From positions 1,341 to 65,340 of the forward strand of contig CAZPQB010000004.1 of NCBI GenBank assembly GCA_964588605.1: a DNA stretch of 64,000 nt, in the 5' to 3' direction. The translations under genes and the position numbers were made by a program. The notes beneath the pieces are model-generated. The model searched no databases and was not told where the DNA came from. It saw only the letters and a program-made list of their open reading frames with translations. Positions 18,582 through 27,301 of the stretch are shown piece by piece (the first letter of the stretch is position 1; every line of letters starts with the position of its first letter). This DNA comes from an uncultured Dehalococcoidaceae bacterium. GTDB taxonomy: Bacteria; Chloroflexota; Dehalococcoidia; Dehalococcoidales; RBG-16-60-22.

Positions 18582-18953
18582 ATGCCTGATATATGGCGTG
18601 TCTACCGTGTTAAGAATTGTCGTTATACTCATCCTCCCAAAGATAAATTGGTCATCATTGTATGTAGAGATACCGAGTGTATGGGCTTTCTAGTAAACTC
18701 TAAAATCCACCCATTTATTTTAAAAAGACCCTACCTATTTGCGTGTCAAGTTAAACTAAGTAATTCAGATTACGGCTTTTTATTTCGTGACTCATACTTG
18801 GATTGTGGCCGAATATACCCTTTTAAAGACGCTGAATTGGTTGTTGGTGTGGAACTCATTAATGATAAAACAAAGGCAGATATTAAAACGGCTGTAGCTA
18901 ACTCTAAGACAATCGAGAAAAAGTATAGAGACTTGATTCTTAGTAATCGTTGA
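18582..18953 (+). CDS. Hypothetical small protein, candidate toxin with a MazF/PemK-like sequence pattern
   Basis: 123 aa, starting 5 nt after the Panacea gene. PKDKLVIIVC / GFLVNSK / SYLDCGRIYPFKDAEL resembles the MazF layout (K.RP.vvv..., ...p.Ts, s.v....i.tid..rl). Similarity is weak and was judged by eye only. Confidence 0.4.
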   Translation: MPDIWRVYRVKNCRYTHPPKDKLVIIVCRDTECMGFLVNSKIHPFILKRPYLFACQVKLSNSDYGFLFRDSYLDCGRIYPFKDAELVVGVELINDKTKADIKTAVANSKTIEKKYRDLILSNR

Positions 18954-19216
18954 TTTAGACCACCTGGCTAAAGTGGCCCTCCAAGCAACCTCAGACCGTC
19001 TTTCCATTAATAAGGGGGAGGGATTTCTTGCGGGATAAGCCGCCGATGCTACGAGGGCGGCCTACCTACGCTAAAGCTACGGCGGGCAGGCAGGGTGGGA
19101 AAAGATATTAAAGAGGGGGGCGTGGTGGGGAGAGAAGCAACGAGGCGGGGTAGGGAGTAAAGATAATACAGGAGGGTGGGATAAGGGGAGGATAACGCCA
19201 CCCCCCTATCTGAATT

Positions 19217-19954
19217 CTAAGCCGTAGTTAACTGGAGACATACCCCTATCATATAACTGCACCTGTCCGAGGCAAGGAAAGCCACCACCGGCGCCACGTC
19301 GTCAGGCGTGCAAAGCCTCTTAAGCTGCGACCTCTGCCTCTCCCCCTCCAGAAACTCCTCAGGTGCCCGATAAACAAGCCCCGTCCTGCCGAGTCCGGGG
19401 CCGACGGCATTAACAATAACTCCTGCGGAGGCAACTTCCCTCGCTAATGCCTGGGTGAACATGACCACCCCCGCCTTGGCGGCGCCATATATGGATATAG
19501 TAGGTACGCCCTGTCCTCCGGAGGTATTGATAATCCGGCCGTACTTACGCGATATCATGTGGGGAAGTACCGCCCGGGCGACCCTCATCTGGCCGAGCAG
19601 GTTAACGCCGATATCATAGTCCCAATCCTCTTCCGTCATCTCAATGAACGGCCTTAACTGACTGCTGGAGCCGGCGTTATTTACCAGGATGTCTATCTTG
19701 CCGAACTTCTCCAGAGCCTTCTTGACCATATCGTCAACCTCAGACTTGCTGGTCACATCCACTTTCACCGCCAGGGCTTCACGTCCCAGAGACTCGACAT
19801 CCACCGCCGTTTTCCTGGCTCCATCAAGGTCAATATCGGCAGCGACGATATGACACCCCTCCTCCGCCAGCAGTACAGCTATCCCTCTGCCATAGCCTAT
19901 CTGGCTTCCGGCTCCGGTTACCAGTGCCACCTTATCTTTTAAAAGCAGGTCCAT
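19217..19954 (-). CDS. Short-chain dehydrogenase/reductase (FabG-like)
   Basis: 245 aa. TGAGSQIGYG cofactor motif, NNAG, and the catalytic YGAAK. Confidence 0.85.
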   Translation of the reverse strand: MDLLLKDKVALVTGAGSQIGYGRGIAVLLAEEGCHIVAADIDLDGARKTAVDVESLGREALAVKVDVTSKSEVDDMVKKALEKFGKIDILVNNAGSSSQLRPFIEMTEEDWDYDIGVNLLGQMRVARAVLPHMISRKYGRIINTSGGQGVPTISIYGAAKAGVVMFTQALAREVASAGVIVNAVGPGLGRTGLVYRAPEEFLEGERQRSQLKRLCTPDDVAPVVAFLASDRCSYMIGVCLQLTTA

Positions 19955-20174
19955 TTTTCCTCCTTTTGTTTATTTTTTACCCGCATATCCCCTAATTTGT
20001 TACCAAGTGGGAGAAGAGTTCCTGGCCAGCTTTAGTTTTATCATGTGCCAGAACTTCTAATCTCCATCCTCTTTAACATAGTCTACCATATACACTCTCC
20101 ATATCCACAGGGGGCCGGCGCAACCCGGCGAAAACCAGATGCTCTGGGCCGTTTTACCGTGTAGATTACAGCCG

Positions 20175-21605
20175 TTAATTGACCTGCTTTTCCTTACCCC
20201 GGACGTACCAGGGCAATTCCACGATTACTTTCGTACCCCCACCCGGCTTCGACTGTATTTCCAGACTGCCATTCAGGAGCCCGGCGCGCTCATACATACC
20301 CATAAGGCCCAGCCTGCCCTTACTTACCATATCCTCTATCCTTCCCGGCACATCAAATCCTCGCCCATTATCGGTCACGGTCATGGTGATACCATCGTCC
20401 CCACCCTCAACCTTAATCATAGCCTCCGAGGCACCAGCATGTCTCCTGATGTTGTTCAACGCTTCCTGAGCAATTCTGAACAGCACAATCTGCATCTCAG
20501 CCGGTAAGTCACGGTTGATACCCGTAACCTCAACCCGCGTCTGAATATTCTGTTCACTCTCCAAGTCTTCAGCTATCCATTCGAGAGCCGCCATCAGACC
20601 AAGGTCATCAATAACACGGGGCCTTAAACCCTGGGCGCAACGCCGTAACGCTTCCAGCGCCTCAACCGCCTGGCCACGCAGGTCCTCGAGACCGTTTTTC
20701 AGCGCTGATGCCCTGAGCCGCTGTCCCGAAGTCAGGTTATCAAGTTTTTGAATAAGAATGAGCATAAACGGAGAGACATCATCATGCAGGTCTCGAGCAA
20801 TACGCTTTCGCTCCTCCTCCTGCGCTCTGGTAATCTGCTGGATGTAGGAACGCACGTTCTCTTCCATCTGCTTCTCCCGGGTAACATCACGGGCGACGTG
20901 CTCAAAACCGCTTATCCTGCCACCAGCCATTACCGCATTAGTGGACATCTTCACCGTCCGTACCGTGCCGTCTTTAATATAAAACTGCTGCTCGTAGGGC
21001 TGTTCAAATCCTTCACCCCTGATAAGCTTGTCCCGTACTTCCCTGGCCAGAGTCAGAGAATCATCACTTAAAAATTTGGCAAGCTGCACGCCTTTCAGCT
21101 CTTCCCTACTGAATCCGGTCATTCTTTCGAATGCCTTGTTGCCGTCCACAAACAGGCCGTTCACATCCTGTACCCATATGGCATCGCTGGCATTCTCGAA
21201 CAGGTACTCATACTTCTGTTCCGTTACGCTCAATCCCCGTTCAGCCGCCTCCAACCTCAGAATCATTTGCCTGTACAGCTCATTCTCTTTTCTTTTACCC
21301 CCGAACCACAGGTTCACCAGAAGCCCCAGCACAACAACGACGCCGCACTCAAACATGGCTTCATATTTGTACTCGGATATCACAAAAACACGGGGCAACA
21401 TGATAGCCAGCGCCACGACCAGACTGACGATGCCCGCCCTTACCCCGAAAACCATGCCGGTATAAGTAACCGGTATCAGGAGAAGAATCCGCTCTATAGC
21501 ATGGCGGGTCAGGCCCAGAAACGAAAAAACAGATGGGGAGTCTATGAGCAATATCTGCTGCGGGTAATGCAGGACTATGCCAACGATAAATAGCCCCAGT
21601 ACCAC
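20175..21605 (-). CDS. Sensor histidine kinase (4-TM N-terminal module, PAS, HisKA_3, HATPase_c)
   Basis: 476 aa. H-box IARDLHDDVSPFML (NarX/DegS type), N-box EALNNIRRH, G-boxes DNGRGFD and GLMGMYERA. A PAS domain spans roughly residues 125-235. Confidence 0.87.
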   Translation of the reverse strand: MVLGLFIVGIVLHYPQQILLIDSPSVFSFLGLTRHAIERILLLIPVTYTGMVFGVRAGIVSLVVALAIMLPRVFVISEYKYEAMFECGVVVVLGLLVNLWFGGKRKENELYRQMILRLEAAERGLSVTEQKYEYLFENASDAIWVQDVNGLFVDGNKAFERMTGFSREELKGVQLAKFLSDDSLTLAREVRDKLIRGEGFEQPYEQQFYIKDGTVRTVKMSTNAVMAGGRISGFEHVARDVTREKQMEENVRSYIQQITRAQEEERKRIARDLHDDVSPFMLILIQKLDNLTSGQRLRASALKNGLEDLRGQAVEALEALRRCAQGLRPRVIDDLGLMAALEWIAEDLESEQNIQTRVEVTGINRDLPAEMQIVLFRIAQEALNNIRRHAGASEAMIKVEGGDDGITMTVTDNGRGFDVPGRIEDMVSKGRLGLMGMYERAGLLNGSLEIQSKPGGGTKVIVELPWYVRGKEKQVN

Positions 21606-21703
21606 CCATAAATGAGGATTGGAGATGGTTACGTATACCCGTTTAAATACGCGTAGGTAAATGATTAAAACTCCATATCCATAGCAGCCGACATAGGCAA
21701 CGG

Positions 21704-22366
21704 CTACTGAATATCATCCAGGCTGATATATCCCTGCTTCAGTCCTTTGATGATGGCATCGGTACGGCTGCTGCAGCCCATTTTATTGAAGATATTACTC
21801 AGGTGTGCTTTAACGGTACGCAGACTAACCGAGAGCTTTTCGGACAGCTCTTTGTTGCTCATACCACGAGATGCCAGCCTTAATATCTCAATCTCACGCA
21901 GAGTAAGCTTGCTGCCGCTTTCAATTTCACCCCGTGCCGACTGTAAAGCGACCGAACGCTGGACCAGCTTACGTGTTACCTCCGGATCCAGTACAGATTC
22001 GCCGGAACGTACGGCACGGATGGCTCTAACGACTTCTTTCCCCGGGGCATTTTTCAGCAAGTAGCCACAGGCGCCGGCTTCCAGAAGACCAATAATATAC
22101 CGGATATCACTGTATGCCGTCAGTATTAATAGAGCCGTCGACGGGCTTGACTGCTTGATAAGCTTGGTGGCCTCCACTCCATTAAGCTTGGGCATCACGA
22201 TATCCATTATGACAATATCCGGCTTCAACTCACCCGCCAGCCTGACCGCTTCTTCGCCATCAGCCGCCTCACCAACCAGCTCAAAATCCTTCTCCTGCTC
22301 AAGTAGATTACGCATACCCGCCCTTAACATATCATGGTCGTCAGCAATCAGAATCCTAGTCTTCAT
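21704..22366 (-). CDS. NarL/LuxR-family response regulator
   Basis: 220 aa. REC domain (ILIADDH, IVIMDIVMP, LILTAY, YLLKN) plus a LuxR HTH (LTLREIEILRLASRGMSNKELSEKLSVSLRTVKAHLSNIFNKMG). Confidence 0.92.
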   Translation of the reverse strand: MKTRILIADDHDMLRAGMRNLLEQEKDFELVGEAADGEEAVRLAGELKPDIVIMDIVMPKLNGVEATKLIKQSSPSTALLILTAYSDIRYIIGLLEAGACGYLLKNAPGKEVVRAIRAVRSGESVLDPEVTRKLVQRSVALQSARGEIESGSKLTLREIEILRLASRGMSNKELSEKLSVSLRTVKAHLSNIFNKMGCSSRTDAIIKGLKQGYISLDDIQ

Positions 22367-22634
22367 TACGGTTATACCACCTTAATTATAGCGAAAATAT
22401 AATTCAATACAATTCTAGAACGTCAGGTAGAAAAACTCAAATCTATTACTATGCTCCCGAGGACTAGTACTTTGGGGCATACCGAACTATAACTTCTCGG
22501 CAATGAAAATAGGTCGTGAGGTCGGTTTGCGAACGCAGTGTAAATGTTAACCTGATAATAGGAACAGGTAGAAAGTGTTTTTAGTAGTCTTGTAGAGAAT
22601 ATTAAACAGCCAATATCTTGCTCACGAGGAAAGA

Positions 22635-22865
22635 GTGGAAAAGAGGAAAACAATACTTGCCGCCCTGACCAATGCCACCGGAGACAAACAGATGTCAGCC
22701 CAGGATATAAATAATAACACGGATATTACTGATGACTACTATACATTAACCAGCGAAGAGATAGCGGCGCTGGTTAAGGGCGATATCAAGAAAATAGAGG
22801 ACTGGGCACGCAAGCTGGACAGACACCACGCAATATTGCTTCTACACTTGCTAATCCAGAAATAA
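22635..22865 (+). CDS. Small protein carrying a truncated copy of the LT.EE..AL..GD..KIE.W..KLD helical module (start uncertain: GTG 22635 or ATG 22692)
   Basis: TLTSEEIAALVKGDIKKIEDWARKLDRHHAILLLHLLIQK aligns with the C-termini of the 33910..34248 product and of FdhA. A GGAGA RBS lies 7 nt before ATG 22692. Confidence 0.5.
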   Translation: MEKRKTILAALTNATGDKQMSAQDINNNTDITDDYYTLTSEEIAALVKGDIKKIEDWARKLDRHHAILLLHLLIQK

Positions 22866-22943
22866 CGGCAATGGAGAAATCGAGGTAACCATTGCCATAT
22901 AAAGGCAATTGAACGATGAAAGTGAAGAAAGGAGTTAAACAGA

Positions 22944-25346
22944 ATGGCAAGTGACAAGAAAATACTGATAGTTGATGACGAAAGCGTCATACGAGAGTCC
23001 ACCAGGGCCTGGTTAACGGACTGTGGATATCAGGTAAAAACCGCCGAAGACGGCGAACAGGCACTTAAAATGCTTAATGAAGATACCTATGGAGTCATTG
23101 TTCTGGATGTCCGCATGCCGGGTAAAGATGGTATATCCGTGCTGCAGGAGGCCAAGCAAGACCATCCCGACCTCAAATACATAATTATCAGTGGCTATCC
23201 GGCGGTGGATACGATGACCAAGGGGATAAGGCTGGGAGCCCTGGGGTTTCTGGTGAAACCATTCGACCCCGAGGAGCTGGAGAAGCTGGTCCGGCGGGCA
23301 TTGAACGGAGAACAGGTGGTATCAGAGAAAAAGACGGCTGATACCACGCGGACTGATGATGAGCTTCTTGCCCAGATTTCCGGCAAAGAAATCGCCTCCA
23401 TGATGGCGGAGAGTCGGGTCTTCAATCCTCCACAGAAATTTGCCGAAGCGGCGGCACTCAAGAGCCTTGAAGAATACAAAGCGCTCTACAACTGGTCTAT
23501 AAAAGACCCCGAGGGCTTCTGGAGCCAAGTCGCCGACCAACTGGACTGGTACAAGAAGTGGGACGAATTTGTGGAATATGACTTCACGACAACACCGGAG
23601 ATACGTTACTTCAAAGGCGGCAAGATAAACGTCAGCTACAACTGCCTGGACCGACATCTCAACACCTGGCGCAAGAATAAAGCCGCCATCATCTGGCAGG
23701 GAGAACCGGACGATGATACCGAGATATATACCTACCAGCAGCTTCATCACGAAGTATGCAAGTTTGCTAATGTGCTCAAGAAGATGGGCGTAAAGAAGGG
23801 CGACCCTGTTTCCATATACCTGCCGATGATTCCGGAGCTGGCTATAGCGATGCTTGCCTGCGTCCGCATCGGGGCTGTACACAGCGTGGTCTTCGGCGGT
23901 TTCAGCGCCGAAGCGCTACGTGACCGCATCCTGGACTGTAAATCGACGATACTCATTACTGCCGATGGCTACTACCGCAGCGGCCGGCACATCCAGAGCA
24001 AAGGTAATGTCGACGCCGCACTTACCGAATGTCCCCTGGTAAAAGACGTTATTGTAGTTAAAAGGCTGGGTATAGACATACCGATGCAGGAAGGCAGGGA
24101 CCACTGGTGGCATGAGGAGATAAATGCCGGGGACATCACGGCCGACTGCGAACCGGAGGAGATGGATGCCGATGCCCCCCTGTTCATCCTGTATACCAGC
24201 GGCAGCACCGGCAAGCCAAAGGGCGTTCTGCACACTCAGGCCGGTTATCTCCTCCATTGCTACCAGAGTATGAAATGGATATTCGATATTAAAGATGAAG
24301 ATACCTACTGGTGCACCGCCGATGTGGGCTGGGTTACCGGACACAGCTATATAGTCTATGGCCCTCTGGCCATCGGCGCTGCCAGTCTCATGTTCGAGAG
24401 CGTGCCAACCTACCCTGAGCCGGACAGGTTCTGGCAGATCGTGGAAAAATTCGGCGTAAACGTGTTCTATACAGCCCCCACCGTTATCAGGGCCCTGATG
24501 AGAGAAGGCGAGGATTGGCCCAACAAGCACGACCTCTCCAGCCTCAGACTTCTGGGCAGTGTTGGGGAGCCGATAAATCCCGAAGCCTGGATGTGGTTCC
24601 ACCGCGTCATCGGTAGGGAGAAATGCCCTATCGTAGATACGTGGTGGCAGACAGAGACCGGCGGCATTCTGATTACGCCGCTGCCCGGAGCTATTCCCAC
24701 CAAGCCTGGCTCGGCTACACTACCTTTCCCAGGCGTTGAGCCGGCAATATTAAAGGAAGATGGAACCGAAGCTGGCGTTAACGAAGGCGGCTGGCTCTGC
24801 ATTAAAAAGCCCTGGCCCGGAATAATGCGTACTATCTACGGTGACCCGCAAAGGTTCAAGGAAACGTATTTCAGCAAGTTCCCCGGTTACTACTGTACCG
24901 GAGACGGCGCCCGACGCGATGAGGACGGTTACTACTGGCTCATGGGACGAATTGACGACGTGATTAATGTCTCCGGACACCGCATCGGCACGGCCGAAGT
25001 GGAAAGCAGTCTGGTCTCACACGAAAAGGTAGCCGAGGCCGCCGTCGTCGGTATGCCACATCAGCTTAAAGGACAGGGCATCTACGCTTACGTTACCCTG
25101 AATGCGGGGGTGGAACCAGGGGAGGAACTGGAGAAAGAGCTGAAAACTCATGTCCGCAAGCAAATCGGTCCCATCGCCACACCGGATAAAATCCAGTTTG
25201 CCGATGGCTTACCCAAAACCAGGAGTGGAAAGATTATGCGCCGTATCCTGGTCAAGATTGCTGCCGGCAACAGCGGTGACTTTGGAGACACTTCCACCCT
25301 GGCCGACCCCTCAGTAGTTGATAACCTGATAAAGGGCAGGGTGTAG
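22944..25346 (+). CDS. acs: Response-regulator receiver domain fused to AMP-forming acetyl-CoA synthetase
   Basis: 800-aa single ORF. Residues 1-120 form a complete REC domain (DD11-12, D55 in VLDVRMPG, S83, K105 in LVKPF). Residues ~155-800 are Acs ([33 protein letters not shown]). AAGGAG RBS. Confidence 0.9.
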   Translation: MASDKKILIVDDESVIRESTRAWLTDCGYQVKTAEDGEQALKMLNEDTYGVIVLDVRMPGKDGISVLQEAKQDHPDLKYIIISGYPAVDTMTKGIRLGALGFLVKPFDPEELEKLVRRALNGEQVVSEKKTADTTRTDDELLAQISGKEIASMMAESRVFNPPQKFAEAAALKSLEEYKALYNWSIKDPEGFWSQVADQLDWYKKWDEFVEYDFTTTPEIRYFKGGKINVSYNCLDRHLNTWRKNKAAIIWQGEPDDDTEIYTYQQLHHEVCKFANVLKKMGVKKGDPVSIYLPMIPELAIAMLACVRIGAVHSVVFGGFSAEALRDRILDCKSTILITADGYYRSGRHIQSKGNVDAALTECPLVKDVIVVKRLGIDIPMQEGRDHWWHEEINAGDITADCEPEEMDADAPLFILYTSGSTGKPKGVLHTQAGYLLHCYQSMKWIFDIKDEDTYWCTADVGWVTGHSYIVYGPLAIGAASLMFESVPTYPEPDRFWQIVEKFGVNVFYTAPTVIRALMREGEDWPNKHDLSSLRLLGSVGEPINPEAWMWFHRVIGREKCPIVDTWWQTETGGILITPLPGAIPTKPGSATLPFPGVEPAILKEDGTEAGVNEGGWLCIKKPWPGIMRTIYGDPQRFKETYFSKFPGYYCTGDGARRDEDGYYWLMGRIDDVINVSGHRIGTAEVESSLVSHEKVAEAAVVGMPHQLKGQGIYAYVTLNAGVEPGEELEKELKTHVRKQIGPIATPDKIQFADGLPKTRSGKIMRRILVKIAAGNSGDFGDTSTLADPSVVDNLIKGRV

Positions 25347-25422
25347 AAAAGAATAAAAGCCAGGTGGCTGGGGATAAAAGCCACTCCAGCCACCGGCAAC
25401 TACCTTTGTAAAGGAGCTTTCT

Positions 25423-25998
25423 GTGGCACAGGTCTTAGTGAAGGATGAATCAACATGGGCTAACCCGGCGGCTCTGGGACTGGCCGGTTTTGGACTTAAC
25501 ACCGTACTGCTGCAAATACATAATATCGGCTGGATTGAAAGCACCCTGCCGATTATCTACGGGTTCTTCTGGGGAGGCATCGCCCAGATAATCGCCGGCC
25601 TGATCGATGCCCGCCGGGGGGATACCTCCGGCCTTACCGCGTTTACCTCTTACGGACTGTTCTGGCTGGGGCTGAGCTTCAGTTTCCTCCTGCAATGGCT
25701 CGGACTGGTCACTCTGGATGGCCCCGGAATAGCCTGGCTATTCGTATGCTGGGGGATATTTACCGGCTACATGACAATCGGCACTCTTAAGATATCAGCC
25801 GTTCATATCTTTGTATTCGCCACGCTAACGGTACTCTTCTTCCTGCTGGCCGCCCACTTCTTCGGCGCTCTGCCGGCCATCGTACCCGGGGTAGAAGGGA
25901 TCTTATGCGGTGCGGCGGCGGCCTACGGCTCGGCGGCTGTAGTCGTTAACTCCAAGTACGGACGTGAAGTGCTCCCGATGGGGACGCTATCCAAATAG
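25423..25998 (+). CDS. satP: Acetate channel/transporter of the GPR1/FUN34/YaaH (AceTr) family
   Basis: 191 aa, six hydrophobic helices. N-terminal NPAALGLAGFGL matches the family NPAPLGL signature. GTG start after an AAGGAG RBS. Confidence 0.8.
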   Translation: MAQVLVKDESTWANPAALGLAGFGLNTVLLQIHNIGWIESTLPIIYGFFWGGIAQIIAGLIDARRGDTSGLTAFTSYGLFWLGLSFSFLLQWLGLVTLDGPGIAWLFVCWGIFTGYMTIGTLKISAVHIFVFATLTVLFFLLAAHFFGALPAIVPGVEGILCGAAAAYGSAAVVVNSKYGREVLPMGTLSK

Positions 25999-26024
25999 AG
26001 AATACATAGAGGAACCGCCGAATA

Positions 26025-27263
26025 TCAGGCCGACATTTGAGATGAATCCGTCTGAGCGCTTTCCTTAGCTACCGGCAGATAAACAGAGAACGTGCTCCCC
26101 TTACCCATCTCGCTCTCCACATCAATCCTGCCGCCATGCCGCTCAATAATCCCATGGGATACGGCCAGGCCCAGGCCAACTCCCTTCACCTCTTCTTTAG
26201 TTGTGAAAAAGGGAGTAAAAAGCCTGTCCATATTCTCAGGAGATATGCCGCAGCCATCATCCTGAAAGCTTATCTTCAACCAGCCATCCTCATGCGAGCT
26301 ATTAATTGTCAGCCTGCCACCTTCATTCATCGACTGTACCGCGTTTACCACCAGATTAACAAATACCTGCAAAATCTGGTTGAAATCAGCCACAACCAAC
26401 GGCAACGATGGCTCATCCTCCCTGATTATTTCAATACTTTTCATCTTAGCCTGGTGTCCAACCAGAGACATCACCTTGTCGATAGCTCTGCTTACCGTTA
26501 CCGGCCTCAGCAACGGCGGCGACTGCCGTGCGAAATCAAGGAGGCCACGAATTATCTCGGAGCAGTAGTTGACGGCCGACTCTATCTCCGACAGATTTGC
26601 CAGCGCTTCATCTTTGTTAAAAGAGTCACTACCCAGCCTCTTGGCCAGCAATTTGGTATAGACCAGGACGCCTCCCAGCGGATTGTTGAGCTCATGGGCT
26701 ACTGACGCCGATAGCTGACCCAGGGCACTGAGCTTGGCTGACTGTATAAGCTGCTGCTGAGTGTTCTTCAGGCGTTCTATGTAGCTATTCAACTCCTCAT
26801 TAAGGGATAGTATCTCGTCATAGGTACCTGCCTGATGTTCATAATAGTTTAGTAATGTAGCCCAAAGGCTGCTGACGAGGAAGGCAAAAAGGGCAAAGAT
26901 AAGGGACCTTGTAAGTGAAATCAAATCATAGGCGAAAAGAAAGGCATGAGGCAACCATATACACAGAAAAATCAGTCCGCTGATTACCACCCCGCGCAGA
27001 CGATAGACAATAGCGGCATATATCAACGGATAGAAGAAAAGAATAACATAGATATCATGGAAATCCGAAAGAACGCCGTAATAGATATACGTAAAGACGG
27101 CAAAAAGGCCGGCGATTATCCAGATATGGGGACTGCGAACGCTGGTCGCTTTAGCACGCAGCAGCCAGGAACTGGCTTTTAGTCTGGAGTCCCGATTCCT
27201 GTGGACGTTACCTCTACCCGAATTTCCAGATTTGCTTCCGCCATTCATCATCTGGGTTGACAT
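26025..27263 (-). CDS. Membrane sensor histidine kinase (4-TM module, HisKA, HATPase_c) with no adjacent cognate DNA-binding regulator
   Basis: 412 aa. H-box SVAHELNNPLGG, N-box LVVNAVQS, G-boxes DDGCGI and GVGLGLAVSHGI. Lies 38 nt downstream of fdhA on the same strand. Confidence 0.87.
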   Translation of the reverse strand: MSTQMMNGGSKSGNSGRGNVHRNRDSRLKASSWLLRAKATSVRSPHIWIIAGLFAVFTYIYYGVLSDFHDIYVILFFYPLIYAAIVYRLRGVVISGLIFLCIWLPHAFLFAYDLISLTRSLIFALFAFLVSSLWATLLNYYEHQAGTYDEILSLNEELNSYIERLKNTQQQLIQSAKLSALGQLSASVAHELNNPLGGVLVYTKLLAKRLGSDSFNKDEALANLSEIESAVNYCSEIIRGLLDFARQSPPLLRPVTVSRAIDKVMSLVGHQAKMKSIEIIREDEPSLPLVVADFNQILQVFVNLVVNAVQSMNEGGRLTINSSHEDGWLKISFQDDGCGISPENMDRLFTPFFTTKEEVKGVGLGLAVSHGIIERHGGRIDVESEMGKGSTFSVYLPVAKESAQTDSSQMSA

Positions 27264-27301
27264 TAATCTAAACGCATTCTACCACTCATTCCAGTTACTG
27301 G

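Noticed and set aside
22544-22551. Shared ATGTTAAC 8-mer in the two divergent TCS/module-gene spacers (also at 34279-34286) as a common NarL-type operator
   Set aside because: A single 8-mer match between two ~260-nt AT-rich regions on either strand is roughly what chance predicts. I kept it only as a hint for formal motif discovery.
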